Made by a program: the position numbers and the translations under genes
Assembly (NCBI RefSeq): GCF_009914755.1
Contig: NC_060933.1
Length of the DNA stretch: 64,000 nt
Source: the human T2T-CHM13v2.0 reference genome, Homo sapiens
Reading direction: 5' to 3' (one strand)
Part shown: positions 1 to 15,400 of the stretch, one piece after another
Layout of the letters: every line of letters starts with the position of its first letter
Position numbering within the stretch: the first letter of the stretch is position 1
Notes under the pieces: model-generated
The model's database searches: none
The model's input: the letters and a program-made list of their open reading frames with translations, nothing else
What the model was told of the DNA's origin: nothing

Positions 1-475
1 CCATTCCGTTGCATTCAATTACATTCAGCTTGATTCTATTCAACTCCCTTACTCTCCATTACATTCCATTCCATTCGTGTTTTCCATTCCATTCCATTCC
101 ATTCCACTCCATTCCATTGCACTCGGGTTGATTCCATTCCATTCCATTCCATTCCATTCCATTGCGGATGATTCCATTCCATTGCATTCCATTCCATTAC
201 ATTCCCCTGCACTCGCGTTGATTCCATTCCATTCCATTCAATTCCATTCCATTACAATTCGTTCCATTCCATTCTATTCCGTACCATTCCATTCCATTCC
301 ATACCATTCCATTTCATTCCATTCCATTCCATTCCGTTCCATTCCGTTCCATTGCATTCCATTCCATTCTATTCGGGTTAATTCCATTCCATTCCATTCC
401 ATTCCATTCCATTCTATTCCATTCCATTGCAATCGAGTTGAATCCATTGCATTTCATTCCATTCCATTCCATTCC

Positions 476-490
476 ATTCCGGAAGATTCC
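476..490. promoter_or_regulatory. Perfect three-unit heat-shock element (representative of ~29 copies in domain A)
   Basis: ATTCC-GGAAG-ATTCC matches nTTCn-nGAAn-nTTCn. Other starts: 1304, 1953, 2811, 4115, 4944, 5777, 9980, 10209, 12344, 13117, 16982, 17960, 18459, 19597, 20365, 23198, 24020, 27090, 30578, 32615, 33483, 35371, 36190, 37616, 43860, 44539, 48070, 50503. The motif match is direct; HSF1 occupancy is not shown by sequence. Confidence 0.6.
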
Positions 491-3400
491 ATTCCATTGC
501 ATTCCATTCCATTCCATTCCCCTGCACTCGCGTTGATTCCATTCCATTCCATTCCATTCCGTTCCGTTCCGTTCCGTTCCATTCCATTCCATTCCATTCC
601 ATTCCGTTCCGTTCCGTTCCGTTCCATTCCATTCCATTCCATTCTATTTGGGTTAATTCCATTCCATTCCATTCGATTGCAATCGAGTTGATTCCATTCC
701 ATTCCATTCCATTCCATTCCATTCCATGCCATTCCTTTCCATTCCATTACGGATGATTCCATTCCATTGCATTCCATTCCATTCCATTCCCCTGTACTCG
801 GGTTGATTCCATTCCATTCCATTCCAATCCATGCCATTCCACTCGTGTTGATTCCATTCTTTCCATTCCATTCAAGTTGAATCCATTCCATTGCATTGCA
901 TTCCATTCGATTCCATTCGATTGCACTCGGGTTGATTCCATTCCATTCCATTCCATTCCATTCCATTCCATTCCGTTCCATTCCATTCCATTACATTCGG
1001 ATTGATTCTATTCAATTCCCTTACACTCCATTACATTCCATTCCATTCGGGTAGTTTCCATTCGATTCCATTCCATTCCTCTCCATTCGATTGCACTCGG
1101 GTTGATTCCATTCCATTGCATTCCATTGCATTCCATTCAATTCCATTCCGTTCCATTCCATTCCATTACATTCGGAATGATTCTATTCAACTCCCTTTCT
1201 CTCCATTACATTCCATTCCATTCGGGTTGTTCCATTCCATTCCATTCCATTCCACTCCATTCCATTGCACTCGGGTTGATTCCATTCCATTCCATTCCAT
1301 TCCATTCCGGAAGATTCCATTCCATTGCATTCCATTCCATTCCATTCCCCTGCACTCGCGTTGATTCCATTCCATTCCATTCCGTTCCGTTCCATTCCAT
1401 TCCATTCCATTCCATTCCATTCCATTCCTTTCCGTTCCTTTCCATTCCATTCCATTCCATTCTATTCGAGTTAATTCCATTCCATTCCATTCGATTGCAA
1501 TCGAGTTGATTCCATTCCATTGCATTCCATTCCATTCGATTCCATTCGATTGCACTCGGGTTGATTCCTTTCCATTGCATTGCATTCCATTCCATTCCAT
1601 TCCATTCCATTCCATTCCATTCCGTTCCATTCCTTTCCATTATATTCGGATTGATTCTATTCAATTCCCTTACACTCCATTACATTGCATTCCATTCGGG
1701 TAGTTTCCACTCCATTCCATTCCATTCCTCTCCATTCCATTGCACTCGGTTTGATTCCATTCCATTGCATTCCATTCCATTCCATTCAATTCCATTCCTT
1801 TCCATTCCATTCCATTACATTCGGATTGATTCTATTCAACTCCCTTACTCTCCATTACATTCCATTCCATTCGGGTTGTTCCATTCCATTCCATTCCATT
1901 CCACGCCATTCCATTGCACTCGGGTTTATTCCATTCCATTCCATTCCATTCCATTCCGGAAGATTCCATTCCATTGCATTCCATTACATTCCATTCCCCT
2001 GCACTCGCGTTGATTCCATTCCATTCCATTCCATTCCATTCCATTCCATTGCATTCCGTTCCTTTCCATTCCATTCCATTCCATTCCATTCCATTCCATT
2101 CCGTTCCGTTCCATTCCATTCCATTCCATTCTATTTGGGTTAATTCCATTCCATTCCATTCTATTGCAATCGTGTTGATTCCAATCCATTCCATTCCATA
2201 CCATTCCATTCCTTTCCATTCCTTTACGGATGGTTCCATTCCATTGCATTCCATTCCATTCCATTCCACTGTACTCGGGTTGATTCCATTCCATTGCATT
2301 CCAATCCATGCCATTCCACTCGTGTTGATTCCATTCTTTCCATTCCATTCAAGTTGAATCCATTCCATTGCATTCCATTCCATTCGATTCCATTCGGTTG
2401 CACTCGGGTTGATTCCATTCCATTGCATTCCATTCCATTCCATTGCATTCCATTCCATTCCATTCCGTTCCATTCCATTCCATTACATTCGGATTGATTC
2501 TATTCAATTCCCTTACACTCCATTACATTCCATTCCATTCGGGTAGTTTCCATTCCATTCCATTCCATTCCTCTCCATTCCATTGCACTCGGGTTGATTC
2601 CAATCCATTGCATTCCATTCCATTCCATTCAATTCCATTCCGTTCCATTCCATTCCATTACATTCGGATTGATTCTATTAAACTCCCTTACTCTCCATTA
2701 CATTCCATTCCATTCGGGTTGTTCCATTCCATTCCATTCCATTCCACTCCATTCCATTGCACTCGGGTTTATTCCATTCCATTCCATTCCATTCCATTCC
2801 ATTCCATTCCATTCCAGAAGATTCCATTCCATTGCATTCCATTCCATTCCATTCCCCTGCACTCGCGTTCATTCCATTCCATTCCATTCCATTCCATTCC
2901 ATTCCATTCCTTTCCGTTCCATTCCATTCCATTCCATTCCATTCCATTCCATGCCATTCCGTTCCGTTCCGTTCCGTTCCATTCCATTCCATTCCATTCT
3001 ATTCGGGTTAATTCCATTCCATTCCATTCGACTGCATTCGAGTTGATTCCATTCCATTCCATTCCATTCCATTCCATTCCATTCCATTCCATTCCTTTCC
3101 ATTCCATTACGGATGATTCCATTCCATTGCATTCCATTCCATTCCATTCCCCTGTACTCGGGTTGATTCCATTCCATTCCATTCCAATCCATGCCATTCC
3201 ACTCGTGTTGATTCCATTCTTTCCATTCCATTCAAGTTGAATCCATTCCATTGCATTCCATTGCATTCCATTGCCCTGCAGTCGGGTTGATTCCATTCCA
3301 TTCCGTTCCATTCCATTCCATTCCGTTCCGTTCCGTTCCATTCCATTCCATTCCATTCCATTCCATTCTATTCGGGTTAATTCCATTCCATTCCATTCCA

Positions 3401-6400
3401 TTCCATTCCATTCCAATCGAGTTGATTCAATTCCATTCCATTCCATTCCATTCCACTCCATTCCAGTCCTTCCCATTCCATTCCACTCGGGTTGATTCCA
3501 ATGTATTCCTTTCCATTCCATTCCATTCCATTGCAATCGAGTTGATTCCATTGCTTTGCATTCCATTCCATTCCATTCCATTCCGGATGATTCCATTCCA
3601 TTGCATTCCATTCCATTCCATTCCTCTGCACTCGGGTTGATTCCATTCCATTCCACTCCATTCCGTTCCATTCCATTCCATTCCATTGTATTAGGGTTAA
3701 TTCCATTCCATTCCATTCCATTCCACTCCATTCCATTCCATTCCATCACAATCGAGTTAGTTCCATTCCATTACATTCCATTCCATTCCATTCCATTCCA
3801 TTCCGGATGATTCCATTCGATTACATTCCGTTCCATTACATTCCCCTGCACTCGGGTTGACTCCATTCCATTCCATTCGATTCCATTCCATTCCAATTCT
3901 TTCCATTCCATTCTATTCCGTACCATTCTATTCCATTCCATACCATTCCATTCCATTCCATTCCATTCCATTCCATTCCATTCCGTTCCGTTCCGTTCCG
4001 TTCCATTCCAATCCATTCCATTTTATTCGGGTTAATTCCATTCCATTCCATTCCATTCCATTCTATTCCATTCCATTGCAATCGAGTTGAGTCCATTTCA
4101 TTCCATTCCATTCCATTCCGGAAGATTCCATTCCATTGCATTCCATTCCATTCCATTCCCCTGCACTCGCGTTGATTCCATTCCATTCCATTCCATTCCA
4201 TTCCATTCCGTTCTGTTCCATTCCATTCCATTCCATTCCATTCCATTCCGTTCCGTTCCATTCCATTCCATTCCATTCTATTCGGGTTAATTCCATTCCA
4301 TTCCATTCGATTGCAATCGAGTTGATTCCATTCCATTCCATTCCATTCCATTCCATTCCATTCCATTCCTTTCCATTCCATTACGGATGATTCCATTCCA
4401 TTGCATTCCATTCCATTCCATTCCCCTGTACTCGGGTTGTTTCCATTGCATTGCATTCCAATCCATGCCATTCCACTCGTGTTGATTCCATTCTTTCCAT
4501 TCCATTCAAGTTGAATCCATTCCATTGCATTCCATTCAATTCGATTCCATTCGATTGCACTCGGGTTGATTCCATTCCATTGCATTCCATTCCATTCCAT
4601 TCCATTCCATTCCATTCCATTCCATTCCGGATGATTCCATTCCATTGCATTCCGTTCCATTACATTCCCCTGCACTCGCGTTGATTCCATTCCATTCCAT
4701 TCCATTCCATTCCATTCAATTCCATTCCATTACAATTCGTTCCGTTCCATTCTATTCCGTACCATTCCATTCCATTCCATACCATTCCATTCCACTCCAT
4801 TCCATTCCATTCCGTTCCATTCCGTTCCATTCCATTCCATTCCATTCTATTCGGATTAATTCCAATCCATTCCATTCCATTGCATTCTATTCCATTCCAT
4901 TGCAATCGAGTTGAATCCATTGCATTTCATTCCATTCCATTCCATTCCGGAATATTCCATTCCATTGCATTCCATTGCATTCCATTCCCCTGCACTCGCG
5001 TTGATTCCATTCCATTCCATTCCATTCCATTCCGTTCCGTTCCATTGCATTCCATTCCATTCCATTCCGTTCCGTTCCATTCCATTCCATTCCATTCAAT
5101 TCGGGTTAATTCCATTCCATTCCATTCGATTGCAATCGAGTTGATTCCATTCCATTCCATTCCATTCCATTCCATTCCATTCCTTTCCATTCCATTACGG
5201 ATGATTCCATTCCATTGCATTCCATTCCATTCCATTCCCCTGTACTCGGGTTGATTCCATTCCATTCCATTCCAATCCATGCCATTCCACTCGTGTTGTT
5301 TCCATTCTTTCCATTCCATTCAAGTTGATTCCATTCCATTGCATTCCATTCCATTCGATTCCATTCGATTGCATTCGGGTTGATTCCATTCCATAGCATT
5401 CCATTCCATTCCATTCCATTCCATTCCATTCCATTCCATTGCATTCGGATTGATTGTATTCAATTCCCTTACACTCCATTACATTCCATTCCATTCGGGT
5501 AGTTTCCATTCCATTCCATTCCATTCCTCTCCATTCCATTGCACTCTGGTTGATTCCATTCCATTGCATTCCATTCCATTCCATTCCATTCCATTCCGTT
5601 GCATTCCATTCCATTACATTCGGATTGATTCTATTCAACTCCCTTACTCTCCATTCCATTCCATTCCATTCGGGTTGTTCCATTCCATTCCATTCCATTC
5701 CACTCCATTACATTGCACTCGGGTAGATTCCATTCCATTCCATTCCATTCCATTCCATTCCATTCCATTCCATTCCATTCCGGAAGATTCCATTCCATTT
5801 CATTGCATTCCATTCCATTCCCCTGCACTCGCGTTGATTCCATTCCATTCCATTCTATTCCATTCCATTCCCTTCCTTTCCGTTCCATTCCATTCCATTC
5901 CATTCCATTCCGTTCCATTCCATTCCATTCCATTCCATTCTATTCGGGTTAATTCCATTCCATTCCATTCGATTGCAATCGAGTTGATTCCATTCCATTC
6001 CATTCCATTCCATTCCATTCCATTCCATTCCTTTCCATTCCATTACGGATGATTCCATTCCATTGCATTCCATTCCATTCCATTCCCCTGTACTCGGGTT
6101 GATTCCATTCCATTCCATTCCAATCCATGTCATTCCACTCGTGTTGATTCCATTCTTTCCATTCCATTCAAGTTGAATCCATTCCATTGCATTCCATTCC
6201 ATTCGATTCCATTCGATTGCACTTGGGTTGATTCCATTCCATTGCATTCCATTCCATTCCATTCCATTCCATTCCATTCCATTCCGTTCCATTCCATTCC
6301 ATTACATTCGGATTGATTCTATTCAATTCCCTTACATTCCATTACATTCCATTCCATTCGGGTAGTTTCCATTCCATTCCATTCCATTCCTCTCCATTTC

Positions 6401-9400
6401 ATTGAACTCGGGTTGATTCCATTCCATTGCATTCCATTCCATTCCATTCAATTCCATTCCGTTCCATTCCGTTCCATTACATTCGGATTGATTCTATTCA
6501 ACTCCCTTACTCTCCATTACATTCCATTCCATTCGGGTTGTTCCATTCCATTCCATTCCATTCCATTCCGTTCCGTTCCGTTCCGTTCCATTCCATTCCA
6601 TTCCATTCTATTCGGGTTAATTCCATTCCATTCCATTCGATTGCAATCGAGTTGATTCCATTCCATTCCATTCCATTCCATTCCATTCCATTCCATTCCT
6701 TTCCATTCCATTACGGATGATTCCATTCCATTGCATTCCATTCCATTCCATTCCCCTGCACTCGCGTTGATTCCATTCCATTCCATTCCATTCCATTCCG
6801 TTCCGTTCCGTTCCGTTCCATTCCATTCCATTCCATTCCTTTCCATTCCGTTCCGTTCCATTCCATTCCATTCCATTCTATTTGGGTTAATTCTATTCCA
6901 TTCCATTCGATTGCAATCGAGTTGATTCCATTCCATTCCATTCCATTCCATTCCATTCCATTCCTTTCCATTCCATTACGGATGATTCCATTCCATTGCA
7001 TTCCATTCCATTCCATTCCCCTGTACTCGGGTTGTTTCCATTCCATTCCATTCCAATCCATGCCATTCCACTCGTGTTGATTCCATTCTTTCCATTGCAT
7101 TCAAGTTGAATCCATTCCATTGCATTCCATTCCATTCCATTCCCCTGCAGTCGGGTTGATTCCATTCCATTCCATTCCATTCCATTCCATTCCAATCAAG
7201 TTGATTCCATTCCATTCCATTCCATTGCATTCCATTCCATTCCACTCCATTCCAGTCCTTTCCATTCCATTCCACTCAGGTTGATTCCAATGTATTCCTT
7301 TCCATTCCATTCCATTCCACTGCAATCGAGTTGATTCCATTGCTTTGCATTCCATTCCATTCCATTCCATTCCGGATGATTCCATTCCATTGCATTCCAT
7401 TCCATTCCATTCCCCTGCACTTGGGTTGATTCCATTCCATTCCCCTCCATTCCATTCCTTTCCATTCTATTCCATTGTATTCGGGTTAATTCCATTCCAT
7501 TCCATTCCATTCCATTCCATTCCATTCCATTCCATTCCATTCCATTACAATCGAGTTGACTCCATTCCATTCCATTCCATTCCAGTCCTTTCCATTCCAT
7601 TCCACTCGGGTTGATTCCATTCTATTAGTTTCCATTCCATTCCATTCCCTTCCATTGTATTCGGGTTAATTCCATTCCATTCCATTCCATTCCATTCCAT
7701 TCCGTTCCATTCCATTACAATCGAGTTGATTCCATTCCATTCCATTCCATTCCAGTCCTTTCCATTCCATTCCACTCGGGTTGATTCCATTCTATTAGTT
7801 TCCATTCCATTCCATTCCCTTCCATTCCACTCTGGTTGATTCCATTCCTTTCCATTCCACTCGAATACATTCCCTCCTATTCCACTCGGAACGATTCCAT
7901 TCCATTCCATTCCATTCCATTCCATTCCATTCCATTCCATTCCATTTCGTTCCATTCCATTCTATTCCGTATCATTCCATTCCATTCCATTCCATTAAAT
8001 TCCATTCCATTCCATTGTACTCAGGTTAATTCCATTCCATTGCATTCCATTCCATTCCATTCCATTCCATTCCGTTGCATTCCATTCCATTACATTCGAA
8101 TTGATTCTATTCAACTCCCTTACTCTCCATTACATTCCATTCCATTCGGGTTGTTCCATTCCATTCCATTCCATTCCACTCCATTCCATCGCACTCGGGT
8201 TGATTCCATTCCATTCCATTCCATTCCATTCCATTCCATTCCATTCCGGATGATTCCATTCCATTGCATTCCGTTCCATTACATTCCCCTGCACTAACGT
8301 TGATTCCATTCCATTCCATTCCATTCCATTCCATTCAATTCCATTCCATTACAATTCGTTCCATTCCATTCTATTCCGTACCATTCCAGTCCATTCCATA
8401 CCATTCCATTCCATTCCATTCCATTCCATTCCATTCCGTTCCGTTCCGTTCCGTTCCGTTCCATTCCATTCCATTCCATTCCATTCGATTGCAATCGAGT
8501 TGATTCCATTTCATTCCATTCCATTCCATTCCATTCCATTACTTTCCATTCCATTACGGATGATTCCATTCCATTGCATTCCATTCCATTCCATTCCCCT
8601 GTACTCGGGTTGATTCCATTCCATTCCATTCCAATCCATGCCATTCCACTCGTGTTGATTCCATTCTTTCCATTCCATTCAAGTTGAATCCATTCCATTG
8701 CATTCCATTCCATTCCATTCCCCTGAAGTCAGGTTGATTCCATTCCATTCCATTCCATTCCATTCAATTCCATTCCATTCCAATCAAGTTGATTCCATTA
8801 CATTCCATTCCATTGCATTCCGTTCCATTCCACTCCATTCCAGTCCTTTCCATTCCATTCCACTCGGGTTGTTTCCAATGTATTCCTTTCCATTCCATTC
8901 CATTCCATTGCAATCGAGTTGATTCCATTGCTTTGCATTCCATTCCATTCCATTCCATTCCTGATGATTCCATTCCATTGCATTCCATTCCATTCCCTTC
9001 CCCTGCACTCGGGTTGATTCCATTCCATTCCACTCCATTCCATTCCATTCCATTCCATTCCATTGTATTCGGGTTAATTCCATTCCATTCCATTCCATTC
9101 CATTCCATTGCATTCCATTCCATTACAATCGAGTGATTCCATTCCATTCCATTCCATTCCAGTCCTTTCCATTCCATTCCACTCGGGTTGATTCCATTCT
9201 ATTAGTTTCCATTCCATTCCATTCCCTTCCATTCCACTCTGGTTGATTCCATTTCTTTCCATTCCACTCGAATACATTCCCTCCTATTCCACTCGGAACG
9301 ATTCCATTCCATTCCATTCCATTCCATTCCATTCCATTCCATTCCATTCCATTCCATTCCATTTCGTTCCATTCCATTCTATTCCGTATCATTCCATTCC

Positions 9401-12400
9401 ATTCCATTCCATTCCATTCCATTCCATTGTACTCGGGTTGATTCCATTCCATTGCATTCCATTCCATTCCATTCCTTTCCATTCCGTTGCATTCCATTCC
9501 ATTACGTTCGGATTGATTCTATTCAACTCCCTTACTCTCCATTACATTCCATTCCATTCGGGTTGTTCCATTCCATTCCATTCCATTCCACTCCATTCCA
9601 TTGCACTCGGGTTGATTCCATTCCATTCCATTCCATTCCATTCCATTCCGGATGATTCCATTCCATTGCATTCCGTTGCATTACATTCCCCTGCACTCAC
9701 GTTGATTCCATTCCATTCCATTCCATTCCATTCCATTCAATTCCATTCCATTACAATTCGTTCCTTTCCATTCTATTCCGTACCATTCCATTCCATTCCA
9801 TACCATTCCATTCCATTCCATTCCATTCCGTTCCATTCCATTCCTTTCCGTTCCATTCCGTTCCATTCCATTCAATTCGGATTAATTCCATTCCATTCCA
9901 TTCCATTCCATTCTATTCCATTCCATTGCAATCGAGTTGAATCCATTGCATTTCATTCCATTCCATTCCATTCCATTCCATTCCGGAAGTTTCCATTCCA
10001 TTGCATTCCATTCCATTCCATTCCATTCAATTCCATTCCGTTCCATTCGATTCCATTACATTCGGATTGATTCTATTCAACTCCCTTAGTCTCCATTACA
10101 TTCCATTCCATTCCGGTTGTTCCATTCCATTCCATTCCATTCCACTCCATTCCATTGCACTCGGGTTTATTCCATACCATTCCATTCCATTCCATTGAAT
10201 TCCATTCCATTCCGGAAGATTCCATTCCATTGCATTCCATTCCATTCCATTCCCCTGCACTCGTGTTGATTCCATTCCATTCCATTCCATTCCATTCCAT
10301 TCCATTCCGTTCCGTTCCATTCCATTCCTTTCCATTCCATTCCATTCCATTCCTTTCCGTTCCATTCCATTCCATTCCATTGTATTCGGGTTAATTGCAT
10401 TCCATTCCATTCGATTGCAATCGAGTTGATTCCATTCCATTCCATTCCATTCCATTCCATTCCTTTCCATTCCATTACGGATGATTCCATTCCATTCCAT
10501 TCCATTCCATTCCATTCCAATCAAGTTGATTCCATTCCATTCCATTCCATTGCATTCCATTCCATTCCACTCCATTCCAGTCCTTTCCATTCCATTCCAC
10601 TCGGGTTGATTCCAATGTAATCCTTTCCATTCCATTCCATTCCATTGCAATCGAGTTGATTCCATTGCTTTGCATTCCATTCCATTCGATTCCATTTTGG
10701 ATGATTCCATTCCATTGCATTGCATTCCATTCCATTCCCCTGCACTCGGGTTGATTCCATTCCATTCCACTCCATTCCATTCCATTCCATTCCATTCCTT
10801 TGTATTCGGGTTAATTCCATTCCATTCCATTCCATTCCATTCCATTCCATTCCATTACAATCGAGTTGATTCCATTCCATTCCATTCCATTCCAGTCCTT
10901 TCCATTCCATTCCACTCGGGTTGATTCCATTCTATTAGTTTCCATTCCATTCCATTCCCTTCCATTGTATCCGGGTTAATTCCATTCCATTCCATTCCAT
11001 TCCATTCCATTCCATTCCATTCCATTACAAACGAGTTGATTCCATTCCATTCCATTCCATTCCAGTCCTTTCCATTCCATTACGGATGACTCCATTCCAT
11101 TGCATTCCATTCCATTCCATTCCTCTGTACTCGGGTTGATTCCATTCCATTCCATTCCACTCCATTCGGTTCCATTGCATTCCATTCTATTGCATTCCAT
11201 TCTATTCCGGTTAATTCCATTCCATTCTATTCCATTCCATTCCATTCCATTCCCTTGCAATGGTGTTGATTCCATTCCATTCCATTCCATTCTGGATGAT
11301 TCCATTTCATTGCATTCCATTCCATTCCATTCCCCTGCACTCGTGTTGATTCCATTCCCTTCCATTCCATTCCATTCCGTTCCATTCCGTTCCATTCCAT
11401 TCCATTCCATTCTATTCCGGTTAATTCCATTCCATTCCATTCCATTCCATTCCATTCCATTCCATTCCATTGCAATCGAGTTGATTCCATTCCATTCCTT
11501 TCCATTCCGTTCCATTGCCTTGCATTCCACTCGGGTTGATTCCAATCCCTTCTTTCCACTCCATTACATTCCCTTCCATGATTGATTCCATTCCATTCCA
11601 TTCCATTTCATTCCATTGCAATCCATTCCAATCCATTCCATTCCATTCCATTCCACTCGAGTTGAGTTCATTCCATTGCTTTCCATTCTATTCCATTCCT
11701 TTCCACTCGAGTTGATTCCATTCCATTCCAATCCATTGCATTCCATTCCATGCCATTCCACTCGGGTTGATTCCATTCCTTTGCATTCCATTCCATTCCA
11801 TTCCATTCCATTCCATTCCATTCCATTCCATTCCGTTGCATTCCATTCCATTACATTCGAATTGATTCTATTCAACTCCCTTACTCTCCATTACATTCCA
11901 TTCCATTCGGGTTGTTCCATTCCATTCCATTCCATTCCACTCCATTCCATTGCACTCGGGTTGATTCCATTCCATTCCATTCTATTCCATTCCATTCCAT
12001 TCCGGATGATTCCATTCCATTGCATTCCGTTCCATTACATTCCCCTGCACTCGCGTTGATTCCATTCCATTCGATTCCATTCCATTCAATTCCATTCCAT
12101 TACAATTCGTTCCATTCCTTTCTATTCCGTACCATTCCATTCCATTCCATACCATTCCATTCCATTCCATTCCATTCCATTCCATTCCATTCCATTCCAT
12201 TCCGTTACATTTTGTTCCATTCCATTCCATTCCATTCTATTCGGGTTAATCCCATTCCATTCCATTCCATTCCATTCTATTCCATTCCATTGCAATCGAG
12301 TTGAATCCATTGCATTTCATTCCATTCCATTCCATTCCATTCCATTCCGGAAGATTCCATTCCATTGCATTCCGTTCCATGCCATTCCATTCCGTTCGGT

Positions 12401-15400
12401 TCCGTTCCATTCCATTCCATTCCATTCCATTCCATTCCGTTCCGTTCCATTCCATTCCATTCCATTCTATTCGGGTTAATTCCATTCCATTCCATTCGAT
12501 TGCAATCATGTTGATTCCATTCCATTCCATTCCATTCCATTCCATTCCATTCCTTTCCATTCCATTACGGATGATTCCATTCCATTCCATTCCATTCCAT
12601 TCCATTCCCCTGTACTCGGGTTGATTCCATTCCATTGCATTCCAATCCATGCCCTTCCACTCGTGTTGATTCCATTCTTTCCATTCCATTCAAGTTGAAT
12701 CCATTCCATTGTATTCCATTCCATTCGATTCCATTCGATTGCACTCGGGTTGATTCCATTCCATTGCATTCCATTCCATTCCATTACATTCGGATTGATT
12801 CTATTCAATTCCCTTACACTCCATTACATTCCATTCCATTCGGGTAGTTTCCATTCCATTCCATTCCATTCCTCTCCATTCCATTGCACTCGGGTTGATT
12901 CCATTCCATTGCATTCCATTCCATTCCATTCAATTCCATTCCGTTCTATTCCATTCCATTACATTAGGATTGACTCTATTCAACTCCCTTACTCTCCATT
13001 ACATTCCATTCCATTCGGATTGTTCCATTCCATTCCATTCCATTCCACTCCATTCCATTGCACTCGGGTTTATTCCATTCCATTCCATTCCATTCCATTC
13101 CATTCCATTCCATTCCATTCCGGAAGATTCCATTCCATTGCATTCCATTCCATTCCATTCCCCTGCACTCGCGTTGATTCCATTCCATTCCATTCCATTC
13201 CATTCCATTCCATTCCATTCCTTCCCGTTCCATTCCATTCCTTTCCATTCCATTCCATTCCATTCCATTCCGTTCCGTTCCGTTCCGTTCCGTTCCGTTC
13301 CATTCCATTCCATTCTATTCGGGTTAATTCCTTTCCATTACATTCGATTGCAATCGAGTTGATTCCATTCCATTCCATTCCATTCCATTCCATTCCATTC
13401 TATTCCTTTCCATTCCATTACGGATGATTGCATTCCATTGCATTCCATTCCATTCCATTCCCCTGTACTCGGGTTGATTCCATTCCATTCCATTCCAATG
13501 CATGCCATTCCACTCGTGTTGATTCCATTCTTTCCATTCCATTCAAGTTGAATCCATTCCATTGCATTCCATTCCATTCCATTCCCCTGCAGTCGGGTTG
13601 ATTCCATTCCATTCCATTCCATTCCATTCCATTCCATTCCATTCCGTTCCGTTCCGTTCCGTTCCATTCCATTCCATTCTATGCGGGTTAATTCCATTCC
13701 ATTCCATTCCATTCCATTCCATTCCATTCCAATCGAGTTGATTCCATTCCATTCCATTCCATTCCATTCCACTCCATTCCAGTCCTTTCCATTCCATTCC
13801 ACTCGGGTTGATTCCAATGTATTCCTTTCCATTCCATTCCATTCTATTGCAATCGAGTTGATTCCATTGCTTTGCATTCCATTCCATTCCATTCCATTCC
13901 GGATGATTCCATTCCATTGCATTCCATTCCATTCCATTCCCCTGCACTCGGGTTGATTCCATTCCATTCAACTCCATTCCGATCCATTCCATTCCATTCC
14001 ATTGTATTCGGGTTAATTCCATTCCATTCCATTCCATTCCATTCCATTCCATTCCATTACAATGGAGTTGATTCCATTCCATTCCATTCCATTCCATTCC
14101 ATTCCATTCCAGTCCTTTCCATTCCATTCCACTCGGGTTGATTCCATTCTATTAGTTTCCATTCCATTCCATTCCCTTCCATTCCACTCTGGTTGATTCC
14201 ATTCCTTTCAATTCCAATCGAATACATTCCCTCCTATTCCACTCGGAACGATTCCATTCCATTCCATTCCATTTCGTTCCATTCCATTCCATTCTATTCT
14301 ATTCGGGTTAATTCCATTCCATTCCATTCGATTGCAATCGAGTTGATTCCATTCCACTCTATTCCATTCCATTCCATTCCATTCCATTCCTTTCCATTCC
14401 ATTCCATTACGGATGATTGCATTCCATTGCATTCCATTCCATTCCATTGCCCTGTACTCGGGTTGATTCCATTCCATTCCATTCCAATCCATTCAATTCC
14501 ACTCGTGTTGATTCCATTCTTTCCATTCCATTCAAGTTGAATCCATTCCATTGCATTCCATTCCATTCCATTCCATTCCATTCCATTCCGTTCCATTCCA
14601 TTCCATTACATTCGGATTGATTCTATTCAATTCCCTTACAATCCATTACATTCCATTGCATTCGGGTAGTTTCCATTCCATTCCATTCCATTCCTCTCCA
14701 TTCCATTGAACTCGGGTTGATTCCATTCCATTGCATTCCATTCCATTCCATTCAATTCCATTCCGTTCCATTCCATTCCATTACATTCGGATTGATTCTA
14801 TTCAACTCCCTTACTCTCCATTACATTCCATTCCATTCGGGTTGTTCCATTCCATTCCATTCCATTCCACTCCATTCCATTGCACTCGGGTTTATTCCAT
14901 TCCATTCCATTCCATTCCATTCCATTCCATTCCGGAAGAATCCATTCCATTGCATTCCATTCCATTCCATTCCCCTGCACTCGCGTTGATTCCATTCCAT
15001 TCCATTCCATTCCATTCCATTCCATTCCATTCCATTCCTTTCCGTTCCATTCCATTCCATTCCATTCCAATCCATTCCATTCCGTTCCGTTCCGTTCCAT
15101 TCCATTCCATTCCATTCTATTCGGGTTAATTCCATTCCATTCCATTCGATTGCTATCGAGTTGATTCCATTCCATTCCATTCCATTCCATTCCATTCCAT
15201 TCCATTCCATTCCTTTCCATTCCTTTCCATTCCATTACGGATGATTCCATTCCATTGCATTCCATTCCATTCCATTCCCCTGTACTCGGGTTGATTCCAT
15301 TCCATTCCATTCGAATCCATGCCATTCCACTCGTGGTGATTCCATTCTTTCCATTCCATTCAAGTTGAATCCATTCCATTGCATTCCATTCCATTCCATT

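Noticed and set aside
901-925. CATTCGATTC motifs suggesting HSat2 (HSATII)
   Set aside because: They are sporadic only. The array is dominated by intact CATTC runs and the Sat3 ACTCGGGTTG decamer.
991-1340. ~175 bp period resembling the 171 bp alpha-satellite monomer
   Set aside because: The sequence is pentamer-derived with no alphoid similarity or CENP-B box, and it occurs only as a dimer.
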